Below the pieces are notes generated by a model. The model saw nothing but the letters and a program-made list of their open reading frames with translations. It was not told the DNA's origin and made no database searches. DNA of 64,000 nt from NCBI RefSeq assembly GCF_009914755.1, contig NC_060944.1; one strand, written 5' to 3'. Position numbers and translations under genes: made by a program. Numbering within the stretch: the first letter of the stretch is position 1; every line of letters starts with the position of its first letter. The stretch is from the human T2T-CHM13v2.0 reference genome, Homo sapiens. Positions 28,960 to 46,382 of the stretch are shown piece after piece.

Positions 28960-29700
28960 GTGGTTATCTCTGTGACCCTGGGATTTTCTCTTCTCCCTGG
29001 GAGCTTATTACCTTGGCTATTTCCTTCATTTTCTTAGTTTCAGGTCTTTCTGTGCATGACTTGGAGATCTTCATCTGAGCTCGATCTCCATTCTAGTTCC
29101 AGCCTTACCATTTCATTTACTTTCCCAACGTTCCCATCCAAGATGTGTGTCGAAGACTGTTGCTTAGGCTCTGTTGGTGACCTCTTTATGGGTGTCCCTC
29201 TGCTCTCTCGCACACTGCTGCTGGGTTGTTCTTTCTGAAATTATCTTTGATCACTTTCACGTCCTCATTGACTACTTGCAAAGGCATCACATTATACTCA
29301 CACAAACCCTCCATGACCATAACCCACTTCTGTTACCTTTCTTCCTGCCCCACTTCTGCTCAAATGCGTTTTTACTCTAATTTAGCCCTTCTCAACTGGA
29401 GTTCCATGGGAGAATTCTGCCTTGAGATCTTAAAGCATCTGTTGTATGTATCAGATTGTAGGTAGCAGTTTGTGTCCTGTATCTCTAGAATGATACTAGC
29501 TATGTTTTTTCCTTGGGAGAATTGAGAATGTACTCACTCATCATTTTTTGTAGGGCTTAATTCCCTCCCACATCCCCATTGAGAAGGGCTGCTCCAGTAA
29601 AACTGTACTGTTCCTTGGTCCTGGGACCCTTTCCATATCTTTGTTCCATTTGTTTCCTCTGCCACCCTGTGACCAATCCTGTCTCATCTTAAACCGCAGC
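28960..29700. mobile_element. Very old L2-like relic
   Basis: Degenerate L2-like motifs on the - strand; weak. Confidence 0.4.
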
Positions 29701-30517
29701 CTCTTGGATGATGTTTTCCTTGGTCCTCAGGTGAAATAATTCCCTCCCCGCAGTACACACATAGCTTTAGCCCACACTGACAAAGATGTTTATATGGAAG
29801 GTGTATACACACACATGCTTTGACTCAGCATCTTTTCTGTGCCTGTTGTTGCATTTTCCACTTTCTTCCTTATTTCCCTTATTAGAAGGGGAGGCAGGCT
29901 TGATGCCTGGCGGTGTGCATAACCTCCCTCCCACCGTGAACCGTGCATGCAATAGGTATTCTAATAGTTTGGCAAAGTGCTAAAAACGCCCTGCTGAAAC
30001 ACAGATACCTGCTTCAAAACACTTTATTTGCAAGTCTTGCTTTGTTACTTGACTTTTTATCTGCAAAGCCCTAATGAGCACAAATACTTAACTACCATTT
30101 TCTCTGTCATCCTCTTAAACCTTTATCACTGCCTGTCCTACCTTGCCCTGCCCCATGCCATCTTGCCAGTACAGAAAATCTGAGCTAAAGACAGTTGTCA
30201 GTGAAGAGTGAGTTGTAAGAAGAACTAGTTGAGTAATAAGTATTGTTCAGCTGTTGAGCTTATGGTATATTTATTGTAAGTGAATCCATTTTTGTGTACT
30301 TAAAATGAAAATTTCTGTAAAGCAGATAGACTCTAGTTAAAGTGGCAGTATTCAGAAAGAAAACTGCTGTCTAAAAATGTCAACCAGGTCAATAAAACTT
30401 TTTTTAAAAACCTTTTTAACTGACTGTAAGTGTAATCATTGGAGGAATTTTGAAAAATATATTAAAGGAAACAAGTTACTAACTTATAGAGAAAAATCAC
30501 TGATAATCGATTGATGA

Positions 30518-30831
<314 letters not shown>

Positions 30832-31169
30832 TTCTATTACTAAATTTTTAAAAATATTATCTGAGTTCTTCCTTTTTAGGAAGGACTAGTTTTTTTAACC
30901 AGTCCACTGTTATTCATACACTTGGGTTTTACAGTCTTTGAAACATTATGAATAATAGTGTTATAAGTATCCTTAAGTATAAATCTGGTGTATAACCAGA
31001 GTCCTGGAAGAAGCATTGCTATGTCAGAAGACAGACTTAGGTACTTACCAACCTTTGGGATAGGTAAACACACATACATACCACTACCACGGCTATCACT
31101 ACCAGAAAAGAAGTTCGACCCAGCTTATACTCAAAGCCTGAGTGTATAGCTTTTAAAAATAGTTATACT

Positions 31170-31465
31170 GTCCAGGCGCGGTGGCTCATGTCTGTAATCC
31201 CATCACTTTGGGAAGCTGAGGTGGGTGGGTCTTATGAGTCCAGGAGTTCAAGGCCATCCTGGGCCATGTGGGGAAACCCCATCTCTACAAAAAATACAAA
31301 AATTAGCCGGGCATGGTGTTGTGTACCTGTAGTCTCAGCTATGAGAGAGGCTGAGGTGAGAGGATCTCTGAGCCTGGGAGGTTGAGACTGCAATGAGCTG
31401 TGAGTGTGCCACTGCACTCCAGCCTGGGCAACAGGGCGAGACCTGTCTCAAAAAAAAAAAAAAAA
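31170..31465 (+). mobile_element. Alu (J-type)
   Basis: Dimeric Alu with A-tail. Confidence 0.93.
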
Positions 31466-32066
31466 AGCATATTTGTGTAGTTTTCAAATGGTGAAAATTA
31501 TTTTATTACTTAAAAATAACACATTAGGAGAGAAGGGTACAAGGGTCCAACTGTGAAGTTTAATTTTTTTTGTTAAGTCCATCCCCCCCGCACCATAGAT
31601 TTCTTAGCTATTTGTGTGCATTTTTTGATTTTGCAAATATTTCTATTGGTATATCCATCTTTTCTTTATTAAAATAAGAGCTAATCTGCCTCAAGATGCT
31701 TTGGGGTTTTTGCAGTGGACTGAACAAAATTAAAGGTTATTTTATTTTTATTTTTTGTTGTTGTAAACCTCTTCGACCTGTCTACAATATCATTTTGAAA
31801 TTTGAGTTGGGGCAATGTCTGTTACTTCTCTGTCATCACCAATAGTCAGCTAGAACATAACTTTTCCCTCAGAGAAAGTTACATGAAGGTTATATGTACC
31901 AGGAATTAGAGACAGTTTGGTGAGGAAGACATTTAGCCATTTGTCAAACCCATTTATTAACTAAAATAATTTTTGGAGAGGACTTAAACATGAAAAATAC
32001 CTCAGTCTACATGATAAGACAGGCTGATATAATCAGATCATTGAATTGTTTCTTGTTCTTTTCCAG

Positions 32067-32135
32067 TATTAATTTTAAAGACCCACAGTTTGCTGAAGAT
32101 TACATTTTTAAAGCTGTAATGCTTCCAGGAGCAAG
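32067..32135 (+). CDS. XRN2: XRN2 coding exon (INFKDPQFAEDYIFKAVMLPGA)
   Basis: cag|T...AG|gtaac, 69 nt. Confidence 0.96.
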
Positions 32136-32218
32136 GTAACAACAGTAAATTACCTAGATTTATTTTGTACAAATGGTTTTCATCCCTATTACTAAGTGTT
32201 GTCTTTTTAAATGGTCAG

Positions 32219-32350
32219 AAAGCCAGCAGCAGTACTGAAACCTAGTGACTGGGAAAAATCCAGCAATGGACGGCAGTGGAAGCCTCAGCTTGGCTTTAAC
32301 CGTGACCGGAGGCCTGTGCACCTGGATCAGGCAGCCTTCAGGACTTTGGG
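32219..32350 (+). CDS. XRN2: XRN2 coding exon (KPAAVLKP...AAFRTL)
   Basis: cag|A...GG|gtgag, 132 nt. Confidence 0.96.
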
Positions 32351-32418
32351 GTGAGTTGTCAGTTTTTAGCCCTTGTATATTTTGCTTTTTCTGAATCATC
32401 CCATAAAACAAGTCAGTA

Positions 32419-32890
32419 TTTATGCCATATATATAAATTTATGCCATATATATATGATTATATATTATATATATTATATATAATATATAATTACATATAT
32501 AATATATAATTATATATAATATTATATAATATATAATTATATATATAATATATATAATATAATATATATATAAAATTATAAATTTATATATATATAATTA
32601 CAGGAGCGAGCCACCGTGCCCGGCCGAAACCCAGTATTTTCATAAAGTTTATATATATAATATATATAAATATATATTATATTTATAGTTTATATAATAT
32701 ATATAAATATATATTATATTTATAGTTTATATATATAACATATATAAATATATATTATATTTATAGTTTATATATATAACATATATAAATATATATTTAT
32801 AGTTTATATATATAATATATATAAATATATATTATATTTATAGTTTATATATATAATATAGTTTATATATATATATTATATATATAAACT
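32419..32890. repeat. AT-rich low-complexity / ~40-bp minisatellite containing an inverted duplication
   Basis: Repeated tttatagtttatatatataa(c/t)atatataaatatatattata units. Confidence 0.9.
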
Positions 32891-32910
32891 TTATGAAAAT
32901 ACTGGGTTTG

Positions 32911-33230
<320 letters not shown>

Positions 33231-34099
33231 AAAATACTGAGTTTGTTTCACACATATATTTTTGTCTCACCACCATGGCAGACCACCACTACTACTATGT
33301 CCTCTCATAACATTGCTTACATACTTAAAACCAAGCAAAGAGTGGAGCTCCATCTTTAAAACCTAAACAGGCATTTTGGACAACACATTATTGTACACCA
33401 CAAATATCTAACAGACCATAAAATACAACTGTTTTGTAAGTATTTTAATAACTTTGATACTGCTCTGCTTTTCTTCATTTTTAAAAATTCACTTCTCCAT
33501 TTATGTATTGCTATATGTGTTGCATGAGAATTCTATTACTTTCTCTAAGACGTTTTACTGTTTTTCTGACTCTTACTTCAAGGGAATAAAACCTCCTCTT
33601 TACCCGCAAGAAAGTTTTAGCTGAATTAATTAATGTATGATGGAGACTCTTTTTCAAGTGTTAACCAATATATTGGTGTAGAAGCCTCCAGTCTCTTAAA
33701 TTTTTGTTTGCCCAGTGCTTGAACAGTGGTATCTCGTAGTTGCTTGAATTGGCATTTCCCTGCCTACTGAAATTATCTTTTAATATGTTTATTAGTAATT
33801 TGTATTTCCTCTCCTATGAATTTCCAGTTTTTATCCTTTGCCCTTTTTAGTTAACTGAATTGTCTTTTTCCTAGCTGTAGAAGATACTATAGAGAGAGGG
33901 GACTTGTAAACAATAACAGGTAAAGCTGGTATAGAAAGAGCAACAGGCTTGCCATAATGTTAATGAGTTAGGATTCATGCATTAATAATGATAACTTATA
34001 AATAGATGTTTCCAGTTAGTGGGGAAACCTTAAGATTCAAAAAATTATTTAGGCAGAAGGTCACCATCAACATGTAATTTATACAGCAAATATTAAGAG

Positions 34100-34370
34100 G
34101 GATAGTGTGGCAGAGTGATTAAGAGCATGGGCTTTAGATCTTAAATGTCTGGATTCAGATACCTTTTTTTTTTTTTAACCACTTAATATACTTGTGAACT
34201 TTACCGAACCACTCTGTGCCTCCATTTCCTTATGTCTGAGGTGGAGACAGTAATTATACCTACATATTCTTAAAATTATGAAGTTATAAGAATTAAGTGA
34301 GCCTAATGTCTGTCAAGCGCTTAGGGTAGTTCCTAAACACTATGTAAACATTAGTTGTTATTGTCATTGT
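34100..34370. mobile_element. MIR SINE
   Basis: ctctgtgcctccatttccttatgtctg core. Confidence 0.7.
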
Positions 34371-35107
34371 TTTGGAAAAATCTTCATTCTTAGTAGCAGT
34401 AAAAGAAATGCAGATTTAAAATAGTCTTAACTTTTTGCATTATTTCAACTGTTTTGGAAAGCAACATAGTATTTCCTCTGAATAGAGCAGTGAGTTCAGA
34501 AGATACTCTTAACCTTTGGTCCAAATTCCTACCTCTTGGATTTGTGAGGAGGAAATAATTTTAGATGAGCATAATTATATGCCCAAATATTTATATTGTA
34601 TTGTAATCTATACTACTAGTACGAAATGAGAGAAATGGTTTAGTAAAGTATAAGACATCAACATAGTAAAGTATTCTATAGGTTTATGTGTTGGAATTAC
34701 AAAGATGAAGAAAAGATACAGGCAAGTATTTGATATAGTAAATTAAAAATAGCAAGATGTAGAGTAGTCATGTATACAGTGATAGCAAGAACATGGATCC
34801 TTAAGGACAAAACTGAAACATAATGCAAAAAAAGAAAAATATGCAAATTATTTTTCGTATGATGTAAGTTGTAAATATTTAAATGGTTATCAATTAAGAG
34901 TCTTGGTGTGGCAGATGAACATTTGCTATCACTATTACCATTATGTAGTTTTGAGCTTTAATTATAAACCACCTTTTTGTTTGTATTATCTTAATCAGAT
35001 CTGTTAGTGAAGACGTGGCTATGAGCATTTGTTTTATTTGTGTCAGCTGTGTTATGATGGGTATATCACTATACAATTTTTTTTTCTTGTGTTGGGTCCT
35101 TTTATAG

Positions 35108-35235
35108 CCATGTGATGCCAAGAGGCTCAGGAACTGGCATTTACAGCAATGCTGCACCACCACCTGTGACTTACCAGGGAAACTTATACAGGCCGCTTTT
35201 GAGAGGACAAGCCCAGATTCCAAAACTTATGTCAA
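35108..35235 (+). CDS. XRN2: XRN2 coding exon (HVMPRGSG...PKLMS)
   Basis: tag|C...A|gtaag, 128 nt. Confidence 0.96.
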
Positions 35236-35404
35236 GTAAGCTTTTACAAATCGGTTATTTTACATTATAAATTAAATATCACAGCAAATGTTGGTTTCTA
35301 ATCTTCTTTGCTGAAAAAGATTTGTTGTATCAGTGCAGACAGTGAACTTTAAAAACATGTAAGTTAGAAGAGTTGTGAGAGAATACCTTATGCAAAATCT
35401 TTCA

Positions 35405-36990
35405 TACATTTTTTATCTTTATTTTTGTGGGTACATTGTAGCTGTATATATTTATGGGGAACATGAGATATTTTGACACAGGCATACAATGAGTAATAAT
35501 CACATCAGGGTAGATGGGGTATCCATCACCTCTAGCATTTATCTTTTGTGTTAGAAATAATCCAATTATATTCTTAATTATTTTGAAATGTACAATTAAA
35601 TTATTGACTATGGTCATCCTGCTGTGCTATCAAATACTAGATCTTATTCATTGTTTCTAACTATTTTTTCATAGCCATTAACCATCCTCCCCTCCCCAAC
35701 CCTTCCCCTACTACCCTTCCCAGCCTCTGGTAACCATCCTTCTACTCTCTGTCTCCACGAGTTCAGTTGTTTTAATTTGTAGCTCCCACAAATAGTGAGA
35801 ACATGCAAAGTTTGTCTTTTTGTGCCTGACTTGTTTCATGTAACATAACGACCTCCGTTTCCATCCACATTGTTACAGGTGACAAGATCTCATTCTTTTT
35901 TGTGGCTGAACAGTACTCCATTGTGTATATGTACCACATTTTATTTATCCATTCATCTGTTGATGCACACTTAGGTTGCTTCCAAATCTTGGCTACTGTG
36001 AATAGTGCTGCAGTAAATGTGGGAGTGCAGATGTCTCCTTGACGTACTGATTTCCCTGTTTTGGGGTATATACCTAGCATTAGGGATTGCTGGATCATAT
36101 GGTAGCTCTATACTAATTTACATTCCCACCAGTGGTCCATGAGAGTTCCCTTTTCTCCATATCCTCACTGGCATTTGTTATTGCCTGTCTTTTGGATAAA
36201 AGCCATTTTAACTGGGGCAAGATGATACCTCATTGTAGTTCTGATTTTCATTTCTCTGATCATCAGTGATGTTGAGCAACTTTTTATATACCTGTTTGCC
36301 ATTTGTGTGTCTTTTGAGAAATGTCTATTCAGATATTTTGCCCACTTTAAAATCAGATTATTAGGTTTTTTTCCTATAGAGTTGTTTGAGCTCCTTACAT
36401 ATTCTGGTTATTAAACTCTTGTCAAATGGATAGTTTGCAGATATTTTCTCTCATTCCATGGGTTGTCTCTTCACTTTGCTGATTGTTTCCTTTGCTGTGC
36501 AGAAGCTTTTTAACTTGATGTGATTACATTTGTTCATTTTTGCTTTGGTTGCCTGTGCTTGTGGGGTATTGCTCAAGAAATGTTTGCCCAAACCAATATC
36601 CTAAAGATTTTCCCCAAAGTTTTGTTGTAGCAGTTTCATAGATTTAAGTCTTTAAACTATTTTTATTTGATTTTTTATATGATGAGAGATAAATTTATGG
36701 TTTTATTCTTCTGCATATGGATATCCAGTTTTCCCAGCACCATTTATTGAAGAGACTGTCCTTTCCTCAGTGTATGTTCTTGGTTCCTTTGTCGAAAATG
36801 AGTTCACTGTAGATGTATGGATTTATTTCTGGGTTCTCTGTTGTATTCCATTGGTCTGTTATCTGTTTTGATGCCGGTACCATACTGTTGTGGTTACTAT
36901 TGCTCTGTAGTATAATTTGAAGTCAGGTAATGTGATTATTCCAGCTTTGTTCTTTTTGCTCAGGATAACTTTGATTATTCTGGGTCTGTT
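35405..36990 (-). mobile_element. L1 (L1MA-type) 3' end plus ORF2 C-terminus
   Basis: ORF 35772-36098 (-) is L1 ORF2-like (TAALFTVAKIWKQPKC...DEWINKMWYIYTMEY). Confidence 0.93.
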
Positions 36991-39299
36991 TTTCATCTTG
37001 ACTATATATAGTTAAATGAATAAGGTAATTTGGATTTCTTCCTTAATCTTCACTTAAAATCTGTTTCTCAGTTAACACAGGCAAAAAAAAGTATGAGGAA
37101 ATGATTGCAATTTATTTAATTAATACAAGTATAATTAAATCAGATATGGTAGATATGGATCGTCATCACTTAGTTGCCTGAAAGACAAAGGTGTCCCTTT
37201 CTTGATTCAAATTGTATCTCAGTGCTACCTACAATATAGCCAGGGACTGCTTTAGGTAGACTATACCTTTAACCCTATATTTCTGGAAGACATTAGTCTT
37301 TCCTTAACCCCTCATAATCTGTTTTGTGGACAGGTCAGAAATGTTGACCACAAAAATAATTAACATGGCATTTGGATTGCAGTGGGAAAGGGAAAAGATA
37401 GTTGAATGTTAGACTTCATAGATTTTACATTGATTTTAAATTGTGTCCCCATTTAATGTTATTTTTGAGCTCCATTGTTATGCCCATTTATCAAAGAATT
37501 GTAAGTCATGTGCCAGTGTTTGTTTCTCAAAATGAATGTCTTCATGAAGGCTTTGTTTCTCCATTCCTGGTTGTCTGGTTGCCACAAGGGCAGCATGGGG
37601 GAGAAGAAACAGTGTGGCAAGATGCTCACGTTTGTTAAATCTGAGTGTCATATCATTAAAACATTTTTTTCTAAATGTTTGAAATATTTCATAAAAATTT
37701 GATTTCCAAAAAACAGAGTGATACTTTGTTATAGATACCCCTCAGAGCTGTTTTTAAACCGAAGCTGTACTTATGAAAGAACGTGCCAGGTTAAAATGGA
37801 TAATTGATGGGAAATATTTGTACTATGCACCTAGCACTGTTGTAATGCTAGTTAAGTTACACACCAGAAGTCCAGATTTTCTGGATGTAGTACCCAAGAA
37901 GAAATTGGTTCTATAGGTCTTACTCTTTCAGGGCCCTCTGTTTTTAGTGTATTCACTCTCTGTCTCTGTTCCTCTCTCTGGCAGTGTAGCTTTGCTGTAT
38001 AGCTTAATGACATTGAGTGGAGCTTTGTGAGGCTCTATCATGCAAACTATGGACTTGTGTTCAGTGAAGCACAGAAGGGGCACAGAGGTACAGAGTCAGT
38101 GGTCCTGTGGGAATCTGCTTGGTGCAGTGGCTAACAGCTGCTTCCCGTAAGATTTAGCAAATAACATTTCTAGGTATTTCCATGTATTCAGTATCAAGTC
38201 ATACCATGTACAACAGGAGAGTCTAATCATTTTGAAGGAGCTGTCTTTGCCCTAAGATTTTACTAATAAATGGTGAAAGCATATCCAACATATTTTTAAA
38301 GCCAGCTGTTATTGACACATTCCTTATCAGTTTCTTTTTTCTTGTGACTTTTTACCATTTACATGGATACCATGGCCTTTTGCTTCTAGCAGAAGGATCA
38401 TGTTCCAATAATAAGGGAAAGAAGCCAGAAGGTTCTTTTATTTATTAGCTTTACACCAAAGGAGAGAATTTCATGCCCTTAGGGGCCTACAGTTCTATAG
38501 TTCTTCGTCTGCCTTCTTTGGAAATAGACAACTCTTGTTTGCATCTGTGTATTTTATTTCAAATAATGGAGTCCCCTCTCTACTTTTATTAATATTACTT
38601 TGGTTAAATAACTCCTTATTTGCCATTGTTGTGGCTGTTATTAGATTTAATGTGTACTTACAAAGTACAAAATACTTACAGACTTTAATTAGAATGTATT
38701 CCAGTTAGAATATCTTTATTTCAGTTACGTCATGAAAAAATTGGGAGATATGTTTTGTAAAGTAGGGATTGATTTAGAGCAAGAAACAAGTACCCTCTGC
38801 CTCGTGACTTGTAAACATTGACTCAACTGAGGATTAGTGCTGGGACTCTAATGACATTTAACATCTTTTCAAAGGGCACAGGAATGGGAGGAGTGAAAAA
38901 GTTTATGGACAAAAAATTGGCAATCATGTGATATTTAAATTGAGCCAACAAGTGGGGAATTTGGGCTCCTCTAGGCTGAGAGAAAATTATGAGCTTTGAA
39001 GTACATGGCAAGTAGTTGGGTGGTGTTAAGCATAGCATAACTGGTACAAAATTAGACTGGGAGCATACTTGGAACAGATTATGAGGGGAGGAGAGCTAAT
39101 TTTTAAAATATTTTTAGTGATTTTTAAATATATTTTTAAAATGCATTTTTAACTACAGTACATGTTAATTGAATAAAATGTGGCATGTAGCAATAAAACA
39201 TAAAAAACACCCATAATTCCACAGTCCCGAAATAAGCAGTGTTTCTTTTTATTATTTCATGTGTGCAAGTTTTGAAAATTAGATTATTGTACGTGTATT

Positions 39300-42783
<3,484 letters not shown>

Positions 42784-42810
42784 ACCAGGTGTTATTTTTT
42801 AAAAGTTCTT

Positions 42811-43018
42811 GGCCGGGTGCAGTGGCTCACACCTGTAATCCAAGCACAGATTTAACCAGGCGTGGTGGTATGTGCCTGTAGTCTCAGCTACTCAGGAGGC
42901 TGTGGTGAGAGGATTGGTTGAGCCCCGGGAGTTTGAGGCTGCAGTGAGCTATGATAGCCCACTGCCCTCCAGCCTGGGTAACAGCAAGACCCTGTCTCTT
43001 TAACATAAAATAAATAAA
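42811..43018 (+). mobile_element. Internally deleted Alu (J-type)
   Basis: 5' end joined to right arm; TSD aaagttcttg. Confidence 0.85.
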
Positions 43019-43169
43019 GTTCTTGCTAATTTGATAAGGAATAATGTGTCTTTGTTTTAAGATATGATTTTTCAATTTCTGCTTTGGTCATATTTTTACT
43101 GACCAGTTTTTCTTTTGTAAGTTGGCTGTTCTTGTCCCTTGCTGATTTAATTTGGGCACTAGTCTGTTT

Positions 43170-43620
43170 GTTTATAAGGTTTTAAAAACTCTAGAAGAAT
43201 TAACCAGATACCTCTCCATTGTAGAACCACAACTCTGTGGGTTAAGGAGAGATGATGAGGGTCTGAACTACACTGGCAGAGTGGATCCAAAGTCCGGAAG
43301 GTGGGAGGAAGGGAAGGCTGAAAGTCTGGATAATTGAATATGAAGAGTGAGGAGGAGAGGGAGAAGGGAATGAAGAGTCCTGTGCGTTCACTGTGATGCC
43401 TGGGTGCTTACTGAGGCCTTTCACAGAGTTTGGAAACCCAGGAGGGTGAAGGAATATGAAAGAATGTGATGAGTGAGTTTGTGGGGGTCAAAGTGCCTGA
43501 AATACTTTAGAGGCATCTGTGCTAGGTAGTCATAGGAGTCAGGTTCTTGCTCAAGAGAGAGAGGATGTAGTTGGAGAGAAATTTGGGGATTGTCTGCATA
43601 TAAACTAGAAACATAAAAGC
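43170..43620. mobile_element. L2 relic
   Basis: gagatgatgagggtctgaacta and ggagagaaatttggggattgtc motifs. Confidence 0.6.
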
Positions 43621-43902
43621 TCAAAAAAGAGTTGAATAGATTGATGGATTTCGATTGCTCTTGGTTATAAAAAAAACCTTGGAAAGCTTGGGTTAAGAGT
43701 TTGGACTTCCTAGAAGGCAACCATGTCATTTCACAAATCATTCCCTGATACTTTTGTAAGAAATGTATTGGATAAATAATTAGCTTCATCTAGAATGGTC
43801 ATTAAAGTATGATAAGTTCAGGCAAATGCTGCAGACAATGAAGAAAGGAAATCTGATATTTTCCTAATATTCTTTAAGCATAGTCCAACATATGATTTGT
43901 CG

Positions 43903-43904
<2 letters not shown>

Positions 43905-43933
<29 letters not shown>

Positions 43934-44216
43934 TTTTGGTCAGTCTTGCTTTGCCACCCAGGCTGGAGTGCAGTGGCGCAATCTCAGCTCGCTATACCTC
44001 TGCCTTCCAGGTTCAAGTGATTCTCCTGCCTTAGCCTCCCAGGTAGCTGGGATTACAAGTATGCACCACCATGCCCAGCTACTTTTTGTATTTTTAGTAG
44101 AGTCAGGGTTTTGCCATATTGGCCAGGCTGGTCTCAAATTTCCTGGCCTCAAGTGATCTGCCTGCCTCAGCCTCCCAAAGTGTTGGGATTACAGGCGTGA
44201 GCCACCACGTCCGGCC
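43905..44216 (-). mobile_element. Alu
   Basis: Antisense Alu with long T-tract. Confidence 0.94.
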
Positions 44217-45084
44217 TGTGTTTTTTTTTTTTCTTTTAGTTTACTGTCATTAAGACTTCTGACATATTTATTTTGTGATCTTGTTACTTCTAGATTCAAT
44301 ATTTGTGTAGAACCAGTCTTCACCTATGTATCAATCTTTCATCCATTCATCCACATCTTGCTATAAGAGGAAGAAAAACACAAAAGGAAGAGAGATAGAG
44401 GGCAAGGAAAAGCATCCTTAAGATGATTTGGACTTGGATGGACGGGATTGTAGAGTGAATCTAAGCGCCACATCTCTCTGTTGCTTCCTCTGGCTATGAG
44501 GGCAGAGAGGTACTTTTTTGTCCCTAGGGAGATAGGCTTGACCAGGAAGGGGACCTGGTTCATTTCACCCAGGCTGTCACGGCTTCGAGAGCACCTCTCC
44601 GCTCTTTCCGTCCCTCGACAGACCGGCTGATCTCTTTGAAGTGATGTTGGGTTTTGGTTTGTGCTTCAGGAACCGCTGATACTGATTTTTATCTGATCCC
44701 TTCTCTTTACATTTTAAGTGCCAGATTTTGAGGGGTAGTATTATCCTTTTAAAAAGAGCAGAGATTCCAGTGTTTTAGCCAAGATGTTTTCTTATTTTCT
44801 TCCTATAAATCCTGTATTTGCCTAGATGCTTACAACTAAAATGTGTGTTATTTTTCTTTCCTATCCTAATTGGATATGAGTAATAATGTCGGTTGTAAAC
44901 CTTTAAGATGTTGAGAGTAGTTGTTAAACCCCCCATCCAGTCTTGTTGAAACTGTAAGTTTCTGAGCCTCCTGATTAAGCAGCACAAAATCATGGGTGGT
45001 TCTCCTCTGCGTCTTCTGAAATAAATTAACATGAAGTGCCATCTCAACCGACAGCATAAATGAATGTGAAACTTTGAGATTGCA

Positions 45085-45290
45085 CAGTGTAGTAGAGAGT
45101 GGTTACGGGGACATAGCCCCTGGCCTCACTCTGTGACCTCTGACAGGTTTGGTCATTGCCCCAGTTTCCTCATCTCGAAAATAGTACAGAGGATAAGAAT
45201 ATTTACCTGACAAAATAACCAGACTAAATGAATTTAAGTAGCTAAGCACTTAAAATAGTACGTTGTACATAATAAGTACTGTGAAAGTAT
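45085..45290. mobile_element. MIR SINE
   Basis: cagtttcctcatctcgaaaat core. Confidence 0.65.
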
Positions 45291-46340
45291 TAAGTGATAA
45301 AAGATCATCTTTCCTTTTATAGAATTTTGAACTTTAAAATTTAGTCAAATAGCTTGTTTTAGTAAGATTGAGTTCTAAGCCATTTATTCAGTCTAAAATA
45401 TTTTTAGTATCATAATCATTTTCTTCGTGTAGTATGAAATTGCACTCAAGAAGGGCCATTTGGTCAAACTGACAACTGTCAAGTGTCTGCTGTAGGTATT
45501 TCTTATTGTTGGTGTTTGATTTGTCTTTGATGTGTCAGTTTTGGCTGATGAGTAATTGTCTGAGTACTGATAACTTGTTGGAATCGAGTGTAGCCCTGAG
45601 TACTCAGTCTGAATAAAGCATTTGGTTTCTGTAGCCCAGAGAACCTTAAATGTGACTTCTCTTCATTTTAGTCTGTAAACTTGTCAATTAGCCACGTTGA
45701 AAAGTGATTTTTGACTAGTGCTATCAGTAAACATGGAATCTTTTCTGTGATTGCCACGCTGATTAGGTAAATTGTCACTTGAGAAGCTATTGGCGAAGCT
45801 TGGTTTACGTGGCCTTAGAGCTCTAGAAAAGGGATAAGTTTTTAAAGACCAAAGGAAAAAATTTTCCACTCTCGCCTGTACCTTCTGAAGTGCAATTCAC
45901 TGTCTCAGAATTTTTTTTCTTCCTCTCAAATGGGTCTTCTGTTAGAGCCATACAAATGAATGATAATAAGTTTGTTTTACCATCTACTTCATTACAGATC
46001 AGCCAGGAAATACTTCTGCTTTATGAATACTTCCAGGTTATATATGTTACTAAGAGCCATATGAAGAAATTTGGTTAAAAATAGCCTTGAAATATTTCTT
46101 TGAGCCTTTTTTCTTTTTGGATTGAAAACAAGGAGTGTTTTAACAGTTGCATCAGAGTTTATTGAAAGTTTTGGAAAATTTGCTTAGGTTTTAACAAAAA
46201 ACTGTAATTTTTGTATGTGCTGAGTTTATATGGAAAAAGAAAATTGTCCTGGAGGTGAGAGATAGAAAATGGAAAATAGAGAGGCACCTGGCACACTAGA
46301 AGTGATATATTAGAAATGTTTGCTGTTTTTTAAGACATTT

Positions 46341-46382
46341 CTAGTTGTATAGGTTAGACAACTAGTTGTATAGGTTAGACAA
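46341..46382. repeat. 21-bp perfect tandem duplication ctagttgtataggttagacaa
   Basis: Two exact adjacent copies. Confidence 0.95.

Noticed and set aside
28960-29480. Purine-rich - strand block as another fossil exon
   Set aside because: Better explained by L2-like motifs; no clean frame or splice pair.
35772-36098. 108-aa ORF
   Set aside because: Fragment of L1 ORF2, not a host gene.
44410-44700. Possible C/D snoRNA, scaRNA or 7SK copy (gatga...ctga)
   Set aside because: Imperfect C box and no match to the 7SK, SNORD17 or scaRNA sequences I recall; needs an Rfam scan.
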